In this document: piece after piece, positions 25,162-39,609 of the stretch
Layout of the letters: each line of letters starts with the position of its first letter
Position numbering within the stretch: the stretch's first letter is position 1
The notes under the pieces: model-generated
The model's database searches: none
What the model saw: the letters and a program-made list of their open reading frames with translations, nothing else
What the model was told of the DNA's origin: nothing
Assembly (NCBI GenBank): GCA_964016885.1
Contig: OZ024742.1
Coordinates: forward strand, 294,686,001 to 294,750,000
Length of the DNA: 64,000 nucleotides
Reading direction: 5' to 3'
Source: Eledone cirrhosa
Lineage: Eukaryota
Made by a program: the position numbers and the translations under genes

Positions 25162-25319
25162 GATATATATAATACAGAAGGTTATTTGTCACCAATATAC
25201 AGAACATCTCAGTAAAATACATCTAATTCAGAGAAGCATATACAAATAGAATAACTTATGCAAAGTCACCGACGGGTAGATTCCTATTAAAGCAATCTAA
25301 AACAATAAAACTTCACTAG

Positions 25320-25720
25320 CATCTTCCTAGTATAGGAACCTAAAAATAGAAGGCTTCATTATGTCTCCCTGTCTTATACCTTTAAAGATTCCTGCAAATG
25401 AAAGAATCTTCTTGCAGTATTGATTGTCTTGATTTATTAAAATGGTCAATGCTGTTTCTTGGCTCTCGAAACTGCAGTAAGGGAGACATTGTATTTTATC
25501 TGATTGATGGCACTTTTAAGTTCACCCAGAGAGAAATCCTCAACAAAAATATTGGAATTGACATTGTATAAATAGTTGATTGTGAAGTTGTTGTTTATGG
25601 CGCTGTTGTTATTCAGCATGGCTTCAAAATGATGTTTCCATGCATTGAGACATGTCTCACCCTCGATATATGTGACCCTCGAGTTCTTTTTGTCTGATAA
25701 TTTCTTTATCAGACATCACA
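25320..25720 (-). pseudogene. Highly decayed LINE ORF fragment
   Basis: LNAWKHHFEAMLNN...FSLGELKSAINQIK and GIRQGD-like RT remnants. Confidence 0.5.
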
Positions 25721-26034
25721 CATATTACTAAAGGCCAAACTGAAATAAATCTAGATATATTCAAGAAAATCTCTTGACCTACTAGGAGGAGCAATCAAAT
25801 AGACAACAATTCACACACATATCCCTTTATCTTAAAAACAAAAGGATAGTTTGGATACTGTAGTTTTAGATATTCATTGTCGGAATTAAAAACAAACGAT
25901 AAACGTGATAGTCATGGATAGAATGTCTTTGATCTTAAGTCTGGTTGATCAGATCTGAACTGGATTTATAATAAAAAGCCAAAATCTCAATATAAGAAAT
26001 AAAATGTGTATAAATTAGAGAGAATGTTACCTCT

Positions 26035-29000
26035 CATCATCATCATCATCATCGTTTAACGTCCATGTTCCACGCTTGCATGGGTTTGGACAGGGGTTTT
26101 CCCACTTGAGGCAAGAGTGGTTGTCTTGCTCGCATAGGACTGTCTGGCGGGTTTTCTACAGCTGGATGCCCTTCCTAACACCAACCACATTTACAGTGTG
26201 GGTCTGGGAGGTTTTTACCGTGTTGCCTACACGGCCACATTACAGCGTGGACTGTGTGTTTTTTGTCGTGACACCTACACGATCTCGTTTGTTTCGGCCT
26301 GGATGTTGTGGCACCAACATATCTTTACATTGAAAGGGGCGGTGTGGATGGGGTGGGGGTGTATTTTGTTAGAGGTGCCTACTGACTGTAGTATGTTTTA
26401 CTTTGTATTTAGGTAAGGCGGGTCTTCTCTGTCACTGAGTACCGCCAAAGGTCTCGGTCCAGTGACATTGTCTTGGAGAAGTGTAAGTGTGTGAGGTCGG
26501 AATTTATCAGCTCGTCCCAGGTTTTTCTGGGTCTGCCTACTCCGTGGCTACCATCTACCTTTATTCCCCTACACTTTGTTATACAGCTGTCGTCTTTCAT
26601 GCGCATCACGTGACCATACCAACGTAGCCTTCTCTCGAGTAAACAACATCTGATCCCTCTTATTTCTAATTTTTTCCTTAGTTCGTTTATGCTTTGCCGT
26701 TCACGTATATTACTATTACACATCCAGCGGAGCATGCAAGCTTCGTTCCTCTCTAGTCTGCGTATATCCTCTGCACACAATGCCCAGGTCTCACTGCCAT
26801 GCAACATTGCTGTTCATATGCAGGCATCATACAACCTGCCTTTCATTTTTAGGGAGAACCCTTTAGCGGCTAATAGTGGTATAAGCTCTCTGAACTTTTT
26901 CCATCCAGTTCTGACTCTAGCTACTGTACTTTCAGAGCACCCCTCCCCCACTGCTGATTTTGTCAGCCAGGTAACGGAAGCTGTCCACTATTTCTATAGA
27001 ACCCTCTGCGCAATTGAAAGAGCTAGTATTTTGTGGGCACTTGCTGCTACTTATTGCACCAGAGCACCGGCCACATGTAAAATCTGTCTTCTTAGTTAGC
27101 TTACCTGTGATCCCACTACATCTTTTATGCACCCATACTTTGCATTTGGGACATAAAATGGAGTTTCTACCTACGCCTTTCCTACACACTGAGCATGGCC
27201 ATTTCCTGGAAGGGACCGGCGCCTTATTTTCTTTCCTACAAACTAGAACTTTAGTCTTAGCAAGGTTAATTTTAAGGCCTTTTGATTCTAGGCCGTGCTT
27301 CCATGTTTGGAATTTCTTCTCTAGCTCGGCCATTGATTCAGCTATGAGCGTTAGATCATCTGCGTATAGGAGTTCCCATGGGCAGCCGGTCTTGAACTCC
27401 TCTGTTGTAGCCTGAAGGGCAATAATAAATAGTAGGGGGCTAAGAACAGAGCCCTGATGGACACCAACTTTTACGCTAAACTCTTCACTATATTCGTTGT
27501 TAATTCTAACCTTGCTGACTGTTTCTTTATACATGGCTTGTATAGCTCTCACAAGCCATTCGTCAACACCTAGTTTTCTAAGAGCCCACCAGATAATGGA
27601 ACGGGGGACTCTGTCGAAGGCTTTCTCCAAGTCGACAAAAGCTAAGTATAGGGGTTTACTTTTAGCTAGGTACTTCTCCTGTAGTTGTTGTACAATGAAA
27701 AGAGCGTCTGTGGTACTTTTGCCTGGCACAAACCCGAACTGCATTTCATCTAGATCAATTCTCTCTCTGATTAGTTGCGCTATTACTTTTTCCGTGACCT
27801 TCATGACCTGGTCGATTAATTAAATGCCTCTATAGTTACTCCTATCTAGGGCGTCTCCTTTACCCTTGTAACAGTTAACGATGATGCTGCTACGCCAGTC
27901 CTTCGGAACAACCCCATTCTGTATGACTTGGTTTACTGTCCCACCGTACTGGAGGCTTTCAGCATCTCAGCAACTATTTCCGAAGGCCCAGCCGCCTTAC
28001 CCGTCTTCATATCTTTGATTGCCTTACTTATTATACTACCTTCGACTAACACTGCTGGTCCCTCTATTGGGTCGATGTGGGGGAGACTGTCTTTCTCTCA
28101 TTTATTCTCCTCATTTAGTAGCCTTTCGTAGTGACACTTCCAAGCTACCTTCTTATCAGCGTGAGTGATGGCAAGTACGCCATCATCGTTAAGTACACAC
28201 TTCTCCCCGACAATATCACGGTTTTCCTTGACACATTGCCTAGCAATCCTGAACACCTCACATTTTTGGTCCTCGCGTTATAGAACATGCTTGAACTTTC
28301 TTTCCTCTGCTTCCTTTCTTGCGAAGTACACTTGTCTCGTAGCTTCCCTCCTGGCCACTTGATAGTCTTCTCTACTTCCCCCATCCCGCCATGCTTTCCA
28401 AGCCTGCTTTTTGGCCTTGATTGACCCCTCCACCTTACTGTTCCACCACCATGTTACTCTCCTCCTGCCTACAGGCCTGATCCAGCCACAGACTTTGTCT
28501 GCCGCCATCAGCAGGTTTGCTTTCAGGAATTCCCACTGTTCCTCTACCTTGTACGACTCTAATTGCTCTTCCTTACTGTCAAAAGCATCAAGTAATATGC
28601 TTTGAAATTTATTTCTGGCTGTGGGATCCTTTAGCTTCCATATTTTTCTCCTGAGGATAGTCCTCTTCTGCTGTCTAGTACGTCTCGTCCTGACTATGAG
28701 GTCGCTAATTATCAGTCTATGTTGGGAGGTGCATTCTTCATGGGGGAGGGATTTAGTGTTTACAACAGACACTCTGTCACGTCTTCTGGTAAGGATATAA
28801 TCTACCTGGCTGGTATGTTCTCCTGATCTGTAGGTGATCAAGTGATTGTCTCGTTTTTTGAAGTTAGTGTTACAGATAGTTAGGTTGTTTGCATCACAGA
28901 ATTCCAGGATTCTGGAGCCTTCCTTGTTTCTAGTACCAAACCCATAGCCTCCGTGGATTCCGTCATAGCCGTCACAATGTTGTCCAACGTGACCATTTAG

Positions 29001-29110
29001 GTCGCCAGCAATAATTATATAGTCACTGTCGGTTATTTGGGAGGTAGTGAGCATCAGTGTCTCATAGAATCTGTCTTTTATAGCGCCAGGCAGTCCGGAT
29101 TGGGGCGCGT
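26035..29110 (-). mobile_element. RTE LINE, 5'-truncated (APE endonuclease part, RT, 3' UTR), disrupted
   Basis: ORF pieces 28278-29054, 26932-27804 and 26409-26807 match the 897-aa ORF; YADD and QGSVLSP motifs; (CAT)n tail. Confidence 0.95.
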
Positions 29111-29704
29111 ATATACTTGGTAATTAGGGAAGTATACATTTATACTTTTGCCACTGTGGGTAACATTGGGTAATGTTACATATTCCCAGGTTTCGAATTA
29201 TTAATTTTTCAGACCCTCACCCCCGCTCTTATCCTAACAACCCTCTTATTAAATTTTGCTAATCTCTCTGTTTAAGTGGTAGCATTTCTGTGACAATTAA
29301 TTTTCTTTATACATTAAAAACATTATACATGACAAAAAAAGTACATTACTAGAAATAAATAGGATGGGTTATTGTCTCAATATATAAACTAAACAACTAA
29401 TTCTAGTTTTTTTATCCCTCCCCGCTTATTTCAATTCTCTCATTTATTCCACCCCAACCCCAGGTTATTCCACCTCCTATTATTTAGGACCTGAGAGTAG
29501 GTAAAATAATTATAATTTCATGGTACTTACACAAAAAATTTTAAAAAGAATTTTTTTCATTTGTTTATTTGCAATAAAAATATTTTATCAATAAAAAAAT
29601 AAAACTGTATTAGATTGATAATGAATGTGGTGGGGTTTTACAAATAAATTAAAAAAATCCAATTTAGTCATATTTTTACTATATCAGTTAAATACTCAAA
29701 TCAT

Positions 29705-30005
29705 TATCATCATCATCATCATCGTTTAACGTCCATCTTCCACGCTTGCATGGGTTTGGACAGGAATTTTCCCACTTGAGGCAAGATTGGTTGTCTTGCT
29801 CGTATAGGACTGTCTGGCGGGTTTTCTACAACTGGATGCCCTTCCTAACACCAGCCACATTACAGCGTGGACTGTGTGTTTTTTTGTCGTGACACCTACA
29901 AGACCTCATTTATTTCGGACTGGATGTTGTGGTACCAACATAACTTTATATCGAAAGGGGTGGTGTGATGGGGTGGGGGTAGTGGGACGGGGGGGGGGGG
30001 GGGTA
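29705..30005 (-). mobile_element. RTE 3' UTR fragment
   Basis: Homologous to the RTE tails; (CAT)n. Confidence 0.85.
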
Positions 30006-30285
30006 TTTTTGTATAATAAACTGTAGGTTTATTATATCAATACAAATTGATAGATAAATATATAAAAATACATACAATATAAAACAATGTCGAAATGCTA
30101 TAAGTATTCACTCTTCATTCATAATTTCATGTGTGTGTGTGTGTGTGCTTGTTAGTTCTTTATTTAGTTCAATGAGAATACTGTTTTGAAGGAGCAAGGC
30201 AAAAAAGTGATAACACGATGTACATTATGTTAATAGATTGGTTTTTAATGTACCAGGAAAAAGCGATATTTTATGAAATATTTAC

Positions 30286-30383
30286 CTTCTTCGTTCTGCC
30301 TTCCCAGTTATGGCTGTGTCAGCATGGTCATCCATCAGTTCACTCTAGAAGCATACAGGGATTAACCTGCAATTTGTGAGCAG
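30286..30383 (-). other. Candidate exon (5' UTR plus MDDHADTAITGKAERR-R, phase-2 donor)
   Basis: Acceptor TTAATTTCTTCCAG, donor AAG/GTAAAT; ATG at 30335; GC-richer island in unique AT-rich DNA. Confidence 0.45.
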
Positions 30384-30822
30384 CTGGAAGAAATTAAACC
30401 AATTATAAATATTTAAGTTACTGTTAATATATTTAGTATAAGGACCATAGTGGATTAGAGTTAAAGGACCATAGTGGATTAGAGGCAATGTGAAGGATTC
30501 TGATGATTAGTAAAGTATTGGACCATTCTGTAATATGGAAATAAAGAAATATAAAGTGGTGAAAATGTTGGTGAGTGTATTGTTACAAAATATGGTGAGA
30601 TCAGGATTGTTTGTTAATGGGTCAAAAGTAAAGAGAGTATGTGTTATTGTTCCTAGTAAAAATTAAATATTTATTCATAAGGTAATGATATGATGTTCCA
30701 TTGTTTCAGGAGATACTTTTATCAAAGTGGCACTATTTAGTAAATATATCTGATCTAACATTTACATAGTTTTGAGATTTAAAGAGGGTTTTAAGTATGT
30801 GACTCTTCTCAACATTAAATAA

Positions 30823-32538
30823 CACTGAGTAACAAAAAAAAAATGTTTTCTCTGTTCCTGGCTTGTAATCATTTTTTTGTGTTGCTTAGGTCCCAAATAA
30901 ATAAAAAAGTGCTATTAAACAGTTAAAAGTTTGGGTTTGTAAAAATTCTAAGCTATTCACTAGAATTATTTGTATGCTGGATTTTACGTTGTATGTAAGT
31001 TTAATTTGCTTATGTTAAATGATTTTTTATATATGTTTCAGGTTAAATTAAAATTATAAAATAAAGAGTAATACCTAAAGAAAATTATAAAAGTGCAAGA
31101 GGTACCAGAAAAAGTTCTTCACTTCCCAAACCAAAAAGAAGTCAATGACTTGGTCAGGGATATGGGTCTGACCAAGTCCAATGCAGAGCTATTCGTCTCC
31201 AGAATGAAGCAGTGGAACTTGGTCAAGGAGGAAGTGCAGGTGACAAGTCAGAGAAGTCGACACAAACCTTTCTCAGGATTTTACACTCTTAGGGATGGCC
31301 TCTGCTTCTGCCATGACGTGCCTCGACTGTTTGACGTTATTGGGGTGCCATTTATAGACAGCTCCACCAAAAGTATGAGGGATGTCCTCCTCCACAATGG
31401 AAACAAGTTCCCGACACTGCCTCTAGCTCATTCAGTCTGCCTGAAGGAAGGTTACTACAGTGTGAAAGTCCTCTTGGAAGCTCTGCAATACAACCAGTAC
31501 AATTGGGAAATCATTGGAGACTTCAAGATGGTGGCTTTCCTGCTTGGACTCCAAGGAGGCTTTATCAAATTCCAATGCTTCCTCTGCTTTTGAGACAGCA
31601 GAGCCACCTCTGACCACTACAAAGGAAAGAACTGGGAGCAGCGAACAGAATTTGTAGTTGGGACCTGGAACGTCATGTGGGAGCCACTGGTTGATCCCAG
31701 GATTGTGCTCATGCCGCCACTGCACATTAAGTTGGGGTTGATGAAGCAGTTTGTGAAGGCTCTCAACCAAGAATCAGCCGCTTTTTAGTACCTTCTTGAG
31801 TTCTTCCCCAAGTTATCTGAGGCCAAAATCAAAGGTGGAATTTTTGGACCTCAGATAAAGAAGGTGTTTAAGTCTACCGAGTTCTCCAATATGCTCAATA
31901 GGATTGAGAGAACACCATGGAACTGTTTCAAGGCAGTTGTTAAGGGCTTCCTGGGAAACTACAGAGCTGAAAACTACCAGCAACTGGTGCAGGATCTGAT
32001 AAAGGCTTTTGGCGCCATGGGATGCAGGATGTCGCTTAAACTCCATATGCTGGACGCTCACCTGGAAAAATCCAAGGACAATATGGGCACCTACTCAGAA
32101 GAACAAGGCGAACGATTCCACCAACATATGAAAGAGATAGAGCGGAGGTATCAGGGCTACTACAATGAAAAAACGATGGGGGACTATATCTGGGGGCTAG
32201 TGCAGGAATGCGACCTGGACTACAACTGCAAATCCAAGAAATCCAGTCATTTCTGACGTGTATAAGTTGCTTTATAAGTGTTATTTGTTTTTACTTGTTT
32301 GCTTTTGATAAGCTTGTATAATAAAATAAATATATACTCTGTTGATTTAATTATATGAACTGATAAATTTTAAAAAAATGTGTTTTTTCTTGAAATATAT
32401 GAAAATTTCGAAATATCAAACTCCTGACCACAAACCCAAACTTCTGATTAAATAATAGTGTTTTTTTTATAATAATGGGATATAACAAACCAGGAAATGG
32501 CACTTAGAACCAGGAAACAAAAAATATGTTACACGGTG
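30823..32538 (+). mobile_element. Chapaev3 (CMC) DNA transposon, internally deleted
   Basis: TIRs CACTGAGTAACA / TGTTACACGGTG; 3-bp TSD TAA/TAA; transposase inside. Confidence 0.9.
31093..32256 (+). pseudogene. Chapaev3 transposase remnant, single frame with two in-frame stops
   Basis: FIDSS, GDFKMVAFLLGLQGG.KFQCFLC, PPLHIKLGLMKQFVKAL, SLKLHMLDAH, YSEEQGERFHQ; N-terminal domain absent. Confidence 0.88.
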
Positions 32539-33897
32539 TAATCTGCAACAATTTGTTCCATTTCTGTGTGGTCTGCATCCTTCAAGGATCTTTCTCTTTA
32601 TGTTGAAACCAGTAAAGATTTCTTTCAAACTCCAGATATAATTAGAGAGTTATGTTGCATGCCTATTTTCTATATTTCAAGAAAAAGAAATATGATTGAA
32701 GTATCAATATTTCGATCATAGCTCTTCGTTCAGATATATAAGGGGAATGTTAGAAAGTGTCCAATTATGTCTGGAGTGGGAAACAACATGCCACTGATTT
32801 CAGCATGAAGTGGAAAATCCTCAACAGACATCTAAACATTACATTATGTATCTGATGGAAATCAAAGAATGTTGAAATGATTTTGTATTTTGTATGATAT
32901 TAAAAATAAGATCAAAAACCCAAACTAACACATCAGTAAATGAGACAGTGAAAGATTTCTTCATAAAAGTTCCATGAAACCTGGAGAATGCTGCAATATA
33001 TTTTAAGTAGTATTCATTGTGCTTTCAATGGAGCTGAAAATCCAAGTCCACGATTCATTCCTCTCAAGTAAGTCTATACCCAATAGCAGTGCCCCCAGCA
33101 TAGCCCCAGCACATGGGCTGGTACAGGTAAAAGAGATAATAAAAAAAGCATGTTAGAAATTTTGTAATCTTAATGTTATGGGAACTTTTAGTGGAATTCT
33201 GTACGATAGTGGAAACTTCTAGATTTTTATCTCGAGTAGAATACAATGTTTGTCTAATTCATCATCATCATCATCACCGTTTTACGTCCGTTCTTCCATG
33301 CTAGCATGGGTTAGACGGGTTGTCCTGTTGTGGGCAGTGTCTGGTAATTGAATACAATATTCGTTATTGGTAGAAATAACGTAGAACAAGATTTCTGGCA
33401 AAAGTATTGCACTGTTTTTTGGCTGCTTCTCAACGACATTTAGAGTTTGAGCAAGGATATAATTGTTATTCAGTAGCTAATCTGGTTTCTTAACATTTAT
33501 GATATGTAATGTTTTATGGCACTGCTTTACAAAACGATACTGTTTTGTCATTGTTTCAAATAATGCCATGTTGTTGTGAGATATGTTGCTGGAGGGTCGA
33601 CACTCTAACATACTTTCACAGCTAGATCCTCATGTTAACAACTCTTATGTAACTAATATCATTGGTAAAAACCTCAATGGGGCAATATTCCAGTCACCCA
33701 TCATATAATGTGATATATACATACATGTGTGTGTGTGTGTATATTCAGTTTTATGCTAAGCAGCGTAAGTATATGATAAAGTTATATGTGCATATATACA
33801 GTATAAAGGTAACAGAAACTATGTTGAGGTGTATATAAATTTATATATTTTTAGTATACAGACATGTAAACATGCACTTATACACTAAAAATGATGA

Positions 33898-33946
33898 ATA
33901 CCTTTAATTGATTTTTGAACCTAGTTGGGCTCTCATCAGAAGGCAT
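33898..33946 (-). ncRNA. Decayed type I hammerhead motif
   Basis: ATGCCTT-CTGATGA-GAGCC[CAACTA]GGTTC-AAAAATCAATTA-AAGGTAT: stems I and II intact, G12 replaced by A. Confidence 0.55.
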
Positions 33947-35948
33947 GTATAACATTTAGACAACCACAAGTAAATATATAACCAAGGGGCTTACATACTC
34001 GATCATTTATAGTAATATTCTGAAATGGATGTACTAATTTACATCTTGTTAGCGCTAACATTGGTAGTTAATGAAAATATATATTAAGTTGTATGTTAAG
34101 CAGCCAAAGTATACAATAAAGTTAGCTATGTAAATGTGTATATAAATTTACACATTTTTAATATGAAGACATGTGAACATATATTTAAGTTAACCCTATT
34201 TCACTAATACTAATCAATAACATATTTTAAATTACAATAAGTTGAGCCTTTTGTATACCTTCTCTAACAATATTGCCAAAAACTGAGCTATATCTTTTCT
34301 TATTTTCACAGTATTCCCACAAGCCTACACCTCTGACCGCACTTCAAAATATTTACGAGCTATCTTATCTTAAGCACTTAGAAGTTGATAAGAACCACAT
34401 GATTAAACTACATTTATAATTTGAATAAACATACACTTTTATCAATTCCTGCGTACATATACGTCAAGACTACCCTCATATAATTAGATTATAGCCAATA
34501 ATACTTAGAGTAGTAATACTATACATACTATCCCATCATTAACTCAACATTAAGATAACATACCTTTAAATTGTATTTTCATAATTATATAAGCACGTTT
34601 TATATTATACTTACAATTTAATATTTCTAATTTAAGGTGTATCTCATACATGTTTACATTGTAGGTGTTGTAGTTGTTACAGTTATAAATGGTTTATGTT
34701 ATTGTAGGAAAATAATATAACATATCAATATAATATCAAAGTAGGATATAACTTTCCCTGTACCTACAATTGTGTTTTGTCCCAGCCGTAAGACTTTTGT
34801 GCATATTTACTACTAGTTTCATTGTCCAAGTAAGAATATTTTGTTTGTATACTCATTCCTACTCCCTCTGTTCACCACATTGTTTTGTCCACGTATTTTC
34901 CAGACATTTGTGGTTATGTTGTTGTACTGTCCCCTATAGATCTTTTGCAGTAGTTAGTTTGTTCCTAGCTGTTGTGTATTCAGGAAAATAGTGATCTCAC
35001 CCCTAGTTGTATGAAATTGCAATGAATTATTCCAAGGATTGCTGAAGAAAGAGATATGTTTTTGTTCTTTCGTTCTTTGTTCATCTTCTTTTTCTGTGTG
35101 CAATTTTTTCCATATTTTAAAACAATAGATCTAAATTAGAATGAAAACATCTATCATCTATTGTATTATTTGATATGATTTTTGATATATTGTATATTTT
35201 GTTATAATATTTTCTTATATTATTACAATAAATGTTTTGGGATCATCTTCCCTGCTAAAGCAGAGGTTATCTTTGCCTAATCTTCAGCAACATCCTCACA
35301 AACCTTCTAGCTTTCATTTTCTCCTCTATCACTTTCAGTCATGTCTTTCTTGGTCTTTCCCTCCTCTACTTCTTTCTATATTCATTTTCATGACTCTTCT
35401 CACCTAATTACTTTCATTGTTTTCCAACACATGACTCAGTTATCTCATTCCATTTCTCTCCACAACATTCATCACTAGCTCCATTCTCACCACTCCTGTC
35501 ACACAGCCAATTTTATCCTTTCTCAATACTTAGCCCAATCACCTCATTCCATTTATTTCTACAACATTCGTTACTGGTTCTAGTGCCATCAGCCTCTGTA
35601 ATTCCTTGTTTATCTTCCTTTCTCACATTATAAACCACACATAACTGCCAGAACTATGACACCCACAATTCCTATATAACATAGTGACTGTGGGGGTTTG
35701 GTTCTTTTGTAATCAGACCCGGTATATAAGAGAAAATGAGTCTAAAAACTGCGTCTCGTTTCCTTACCAAGTATTAGATTGCTAACTTAGCAAAAGTTTT
35801 GCAAACTTTCAGACCATGCCCAATTTTACATCTAACATAGTAATTATAATTGTTTCTACTTTTTGGCACAAGGCCAGCAATTATCCCAGTGTATTACTGG
35901 TACTTTATTTTATCGACCCCATAAGGATGAAAGGCAAAGTAATACTTT

Positions 35949-37514
35949 TATTTACAGATTATAACAACATCCAAGAAAAATACCAGCAGCAGCAGCTGAC
36001 CATCAAAGACCAAATCTGGCAACACAGGCTGCAGTGGTTTGTCTACGTCTGTAGGATGAGCACCAGAAGACTACCACACCAACTTTTGTCACAACAGCGA
36101 CCCATGCACTGGAGAATCAAGTATAGTGCACCAAAGAAGACATAGACGAAACAAATTGAGGCGGACTTGAAAAGTGTGGAAGAACATCATCATCAGAGTC
36201 CAATGTGATGATGATGATCATCATCATAACTTTTGACAGAAGGAGCATTATATATATTCCAATTCATTCTATTAATCTGTCTTCTCTAACCTATTTTGGG
36301 AACCAAGCCAATCTCACCTCCATGCTGTGGTTCCTCAGAAAGCATTTGTTATTATGATATGTTGCTAATGAGGCTCTCTGTATGAAAAAATATGTTGATG
36401 AATGATAATAATATACATATACACGTGCACGTATATATGTCATGACAGTTCATCACATATTTGTTAACCATGAGACTTGATTGTGGTATGAAAAGAAGAA
36501 GTTATCTATTTCTCCTGTGTTCTTGTAAAGCCAGAGATAGAATGAGTTTCAAAAACTGAATAAATTAGTGACTTCCAGATGGAAACAACTCCAATTGGAA
36601 GAAGATGTTGGTAAATATCTTTGTTATATATCAGTGCAAAGATATAACAGGGATGGTTGAGCTGGGTGTATAAGAAAGAGGTTCAGTTAGTACATCTGTC
36701 TGGGGCTTGGGTAGCCAAGGATAGGCCCATGAATATCTGTTGCCACTAAAATAACAAAAAAAAAAAAGAAAAAAAAATCAAGACTTCTCTGCTTCCTGGA
36801 ATTGCGAAGAGAGCTCCTAAACACCTCTAGGTTTGAAAGCAGTCTTCTTCCATCTTGTAAAGTTACCCTCAGAGGATTTGTGGCTGGTGCATTAGTTTGG
36901 TTTAAAAGGTAGTGAACATTCTCAATGTATTTTCAGGTTCGGTCTCACTAAATAGCACCTTGGGCAAGGGTCTTTTGCTATAGCCTTGGTTTATACAATG
37001 TCTTGTGAGTGAAATTAGGTAAATTGAAACTCTATAGAAGCCCAAGCAGTTTGGGTTTGGTGAATGAGGTCATATATATCTGTATAGTGTGTGTATCTAT
37101 ACTGTTTGACAGTAGGGTTTGTATATGTCCTTAAATCTTGTGACATGGCAGTTTGGCAAGTAAAGATTCTGCACTGGGTGGCACATTCTGTATTTGAACA
37201 AAATACATTATTTCACAATGCTCCTTCTGTCAAAAGTTATGATGATCATCATCATCACATTGGACTCTGATGATGATGTTCTTCCACACTTTTCAAGTCC
37301 GCCTCAATTTGTTTCGTCTATGTCTTCTTTGGTGCACTATACTTGATTCTCCAGTGCATGGGTCGCTGTTGTGACAAAAGTTGGTGTGGTAGTCTTCTGG
37401 TGCTCATCCTACAGACGTAGACAAACCACTGCAGCCTGTGTTGCCAGATTTGGTCTTTAATGGTCAGCTGCTGTTGCTGGTATTTTTCTTGGATGTTGTT
37501 ATAATCTATAAATA
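35949..37514. repeat. ~300-bp near-identical inverted duplication (35949-36249 / 37217-37514)
   Basis: Same translated remnant DYNNIQEKYQQQQLTIKDQIWQHRLQWF on both strands; flanking non-coding sequence is also duplicated. Confidence 0.92.
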
Positions 37515-38748
37515 CTATCAGCAATGGATAGACCAATGGAAACATTGCTCCCTTGATTCGATTTGATGATTAGTTTCCTTCCTATTTGCATAGGTTAGAC
37601 AAGTCTTCTCTACTACAGTATCTCTCTATTCCTTTGTCATCTCCTTTGTAAGGTTCAGTATCCTGGGATCATATTTTATCCCCTCAATACATGTCTTTCT
37701 CAGTCTTCCTCTTCCATGGCTTCCTTCTACTTGGAACTCCTGGCACTTCTTCACATTCAATGGTCATCATCCGTACATGTTACATACATTTAACTCTAGA
37801 AATAAAACTATGATATTTCTCCACCATTGTAGACCTTGGTATTTGTATTCTGTAGAAATGCAGGCAACAACATGTGATCTACAAATGCTATTATATAACA
37901 TGGAACATGCAAAACAAACTTAGAAAAGATGTTTTGCGCAGAACTTTTCAAACTTTGTATAATATATTCCTCGCATTAGTTGATTTGACACTGTTACCAT
38001 AGTTACTAGCTAGATTGTACAGTGATGAACCATTCTTTACAACTGATATCTATGTACAATGTTATGCATGTAACACACTCCACTCATACATGTATATATA
38101 CACCACCATCACCACCACCACCATCTTCAACATCACCACCACCACACCACACCCCCCCCTCCTACACACACATACACACAACTAACACATTCACAGGTTG
38201 TTTTGGTTTTTCTTCAATGCTAGTGAAATTCTAAACATTTAGATAACTACAATAACTGTTATTGTGGTTATTATTGTTACTGTTCAGCACCAAGTCAGTT
38301 CTGATTGAGCAAACCAATGATCAAAAGCGTTCCAGTCATGACCATCCTATCTTTTTAAGGGTGTCTAAGGTTAAATTATCTAACAAGTCCTTTCCTTATG
38401 TTATACATTTAAGTGTGACCTGGGGGAGGATTTGGCATAAATAAGTTACTACTGATGATGAGTAATAACTCTGAAATACATGTATCCACTGCTCTTACCC
38501 TGATACCAAGGTGAGCTGTGATATGATGACAACTTAAAATACTCATAGTGAAACTATATGTGATCGTTTAGACTTTTATTAGTTTCAGCAATGGCTGTTA
38601 ATATAACATTTGGATGAGTGTCAGTGGTGGCCACCTTAGATCTTTTGTTTGTGGTGGTCTTTAGTACTGATATGCAGCACTCAACACTTTGGTTCAGTAT
38701 CTAATGCAGCCAAATCAGTCATCTTTCAATCTTTTGAGCCATGCTTAA

Positions 38749-38929
38749 CACTTTAGCATTTAAACAGGCTATATCCAGCCAGAATTCTCTTACTTCTTTC
38801 TGTTCAAACCAGCCATAACTGGCCACTCATAATGAAGTTATGTATTGAACTCAAGATAATTATGTGAGACAAAGCCTTTACCACAAAAATACAATAGTAA
38901 ATATAGAGTAATATGTAAATGCTAAAGGG
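38749..38929. mobile_element. piggyBac-type MITE, complete
   Basis: TTAA-CACTTTAGCATTTA ... TAAATGCTAAAGGG-TTAA. Confidence 0.88.
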
Positions 38930-39209
38930 TTAAAAAGGATTGTTACTCTGCTACTGCAGTCTGTACTGTCTCTTCCTCAGGGCAGTACATGCAACACAAC
39001 ATATTTACAGGGCACAAATACTATGTGGTGTGTCATACACTCATGTTAGTTTCAACCAGATTATTTAAGATCAGCAGATTATGTGAAACTCACATAGGGT
39101 CTGGGGTGAGGGAATCTGCAGCCTGTTCATGTTTTTCCATGCTAGCAGGTCCCATTTATGAAGAAAATACAGATTACTTGGACTTTCATATATATATATA
39201 TATATATAT

Positions 39210-39608
39210 AGTAATAATAATTATTTATTAAAATAACAGATTATAGTTTAAGCAAAGAATCGCTGCTTTCACCCTTAACGGGATCTTCTGAAGATCCCGT
39301 TAAGGGTGAAAGCAGCGATTCTTTGCTTTAATCTGTTATTTTAATAAATATTTGCTCTACGGTTCTTATATATTTGATATATATTTATCCTTATCGAGCC
39401 CTCTTTGGATTTTAGTCTTCAAATTTATTATTATTACTATAGTAATAATAATAATAATAAATATAATAGTAATAATAATAAATAGAGCAAATATTTATTA
39501 AAGTAACAGATTAAAGTTTAAGCAAAGAATCGCTGCTTTCACCCTTAACGGGATCTTCTGAAACTAAAAAAATCAATCTGTGAACGCAGAAGTAAATATT
39601 TCGAAATT
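39210..39608. mobile_element. pLTR-like hammerhead-variant element in -,+,- fold-back arrangement
   Basis: Palindrome centred at 39289 (…CCCTTAACGGGATCTTC T GAAGATCCCGTTAAGGG…); same family at 57941-58711; (TA)n flank. Confidence 0.75.
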
Positions 39609-39609
39609 A

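Noticed and set aside
29150-29499. DNA transposon ending GGACCTGAGAGTA
   Set aside because: Only one terminus-like end is visible; no partner TIR or TSD
32705-32735. Further hammerhead-like motif on the minus strand (CTGAACGAAGAGCTATGATCGAAA)
   Set aside because: Core interrupted and stems not convincingly pairable
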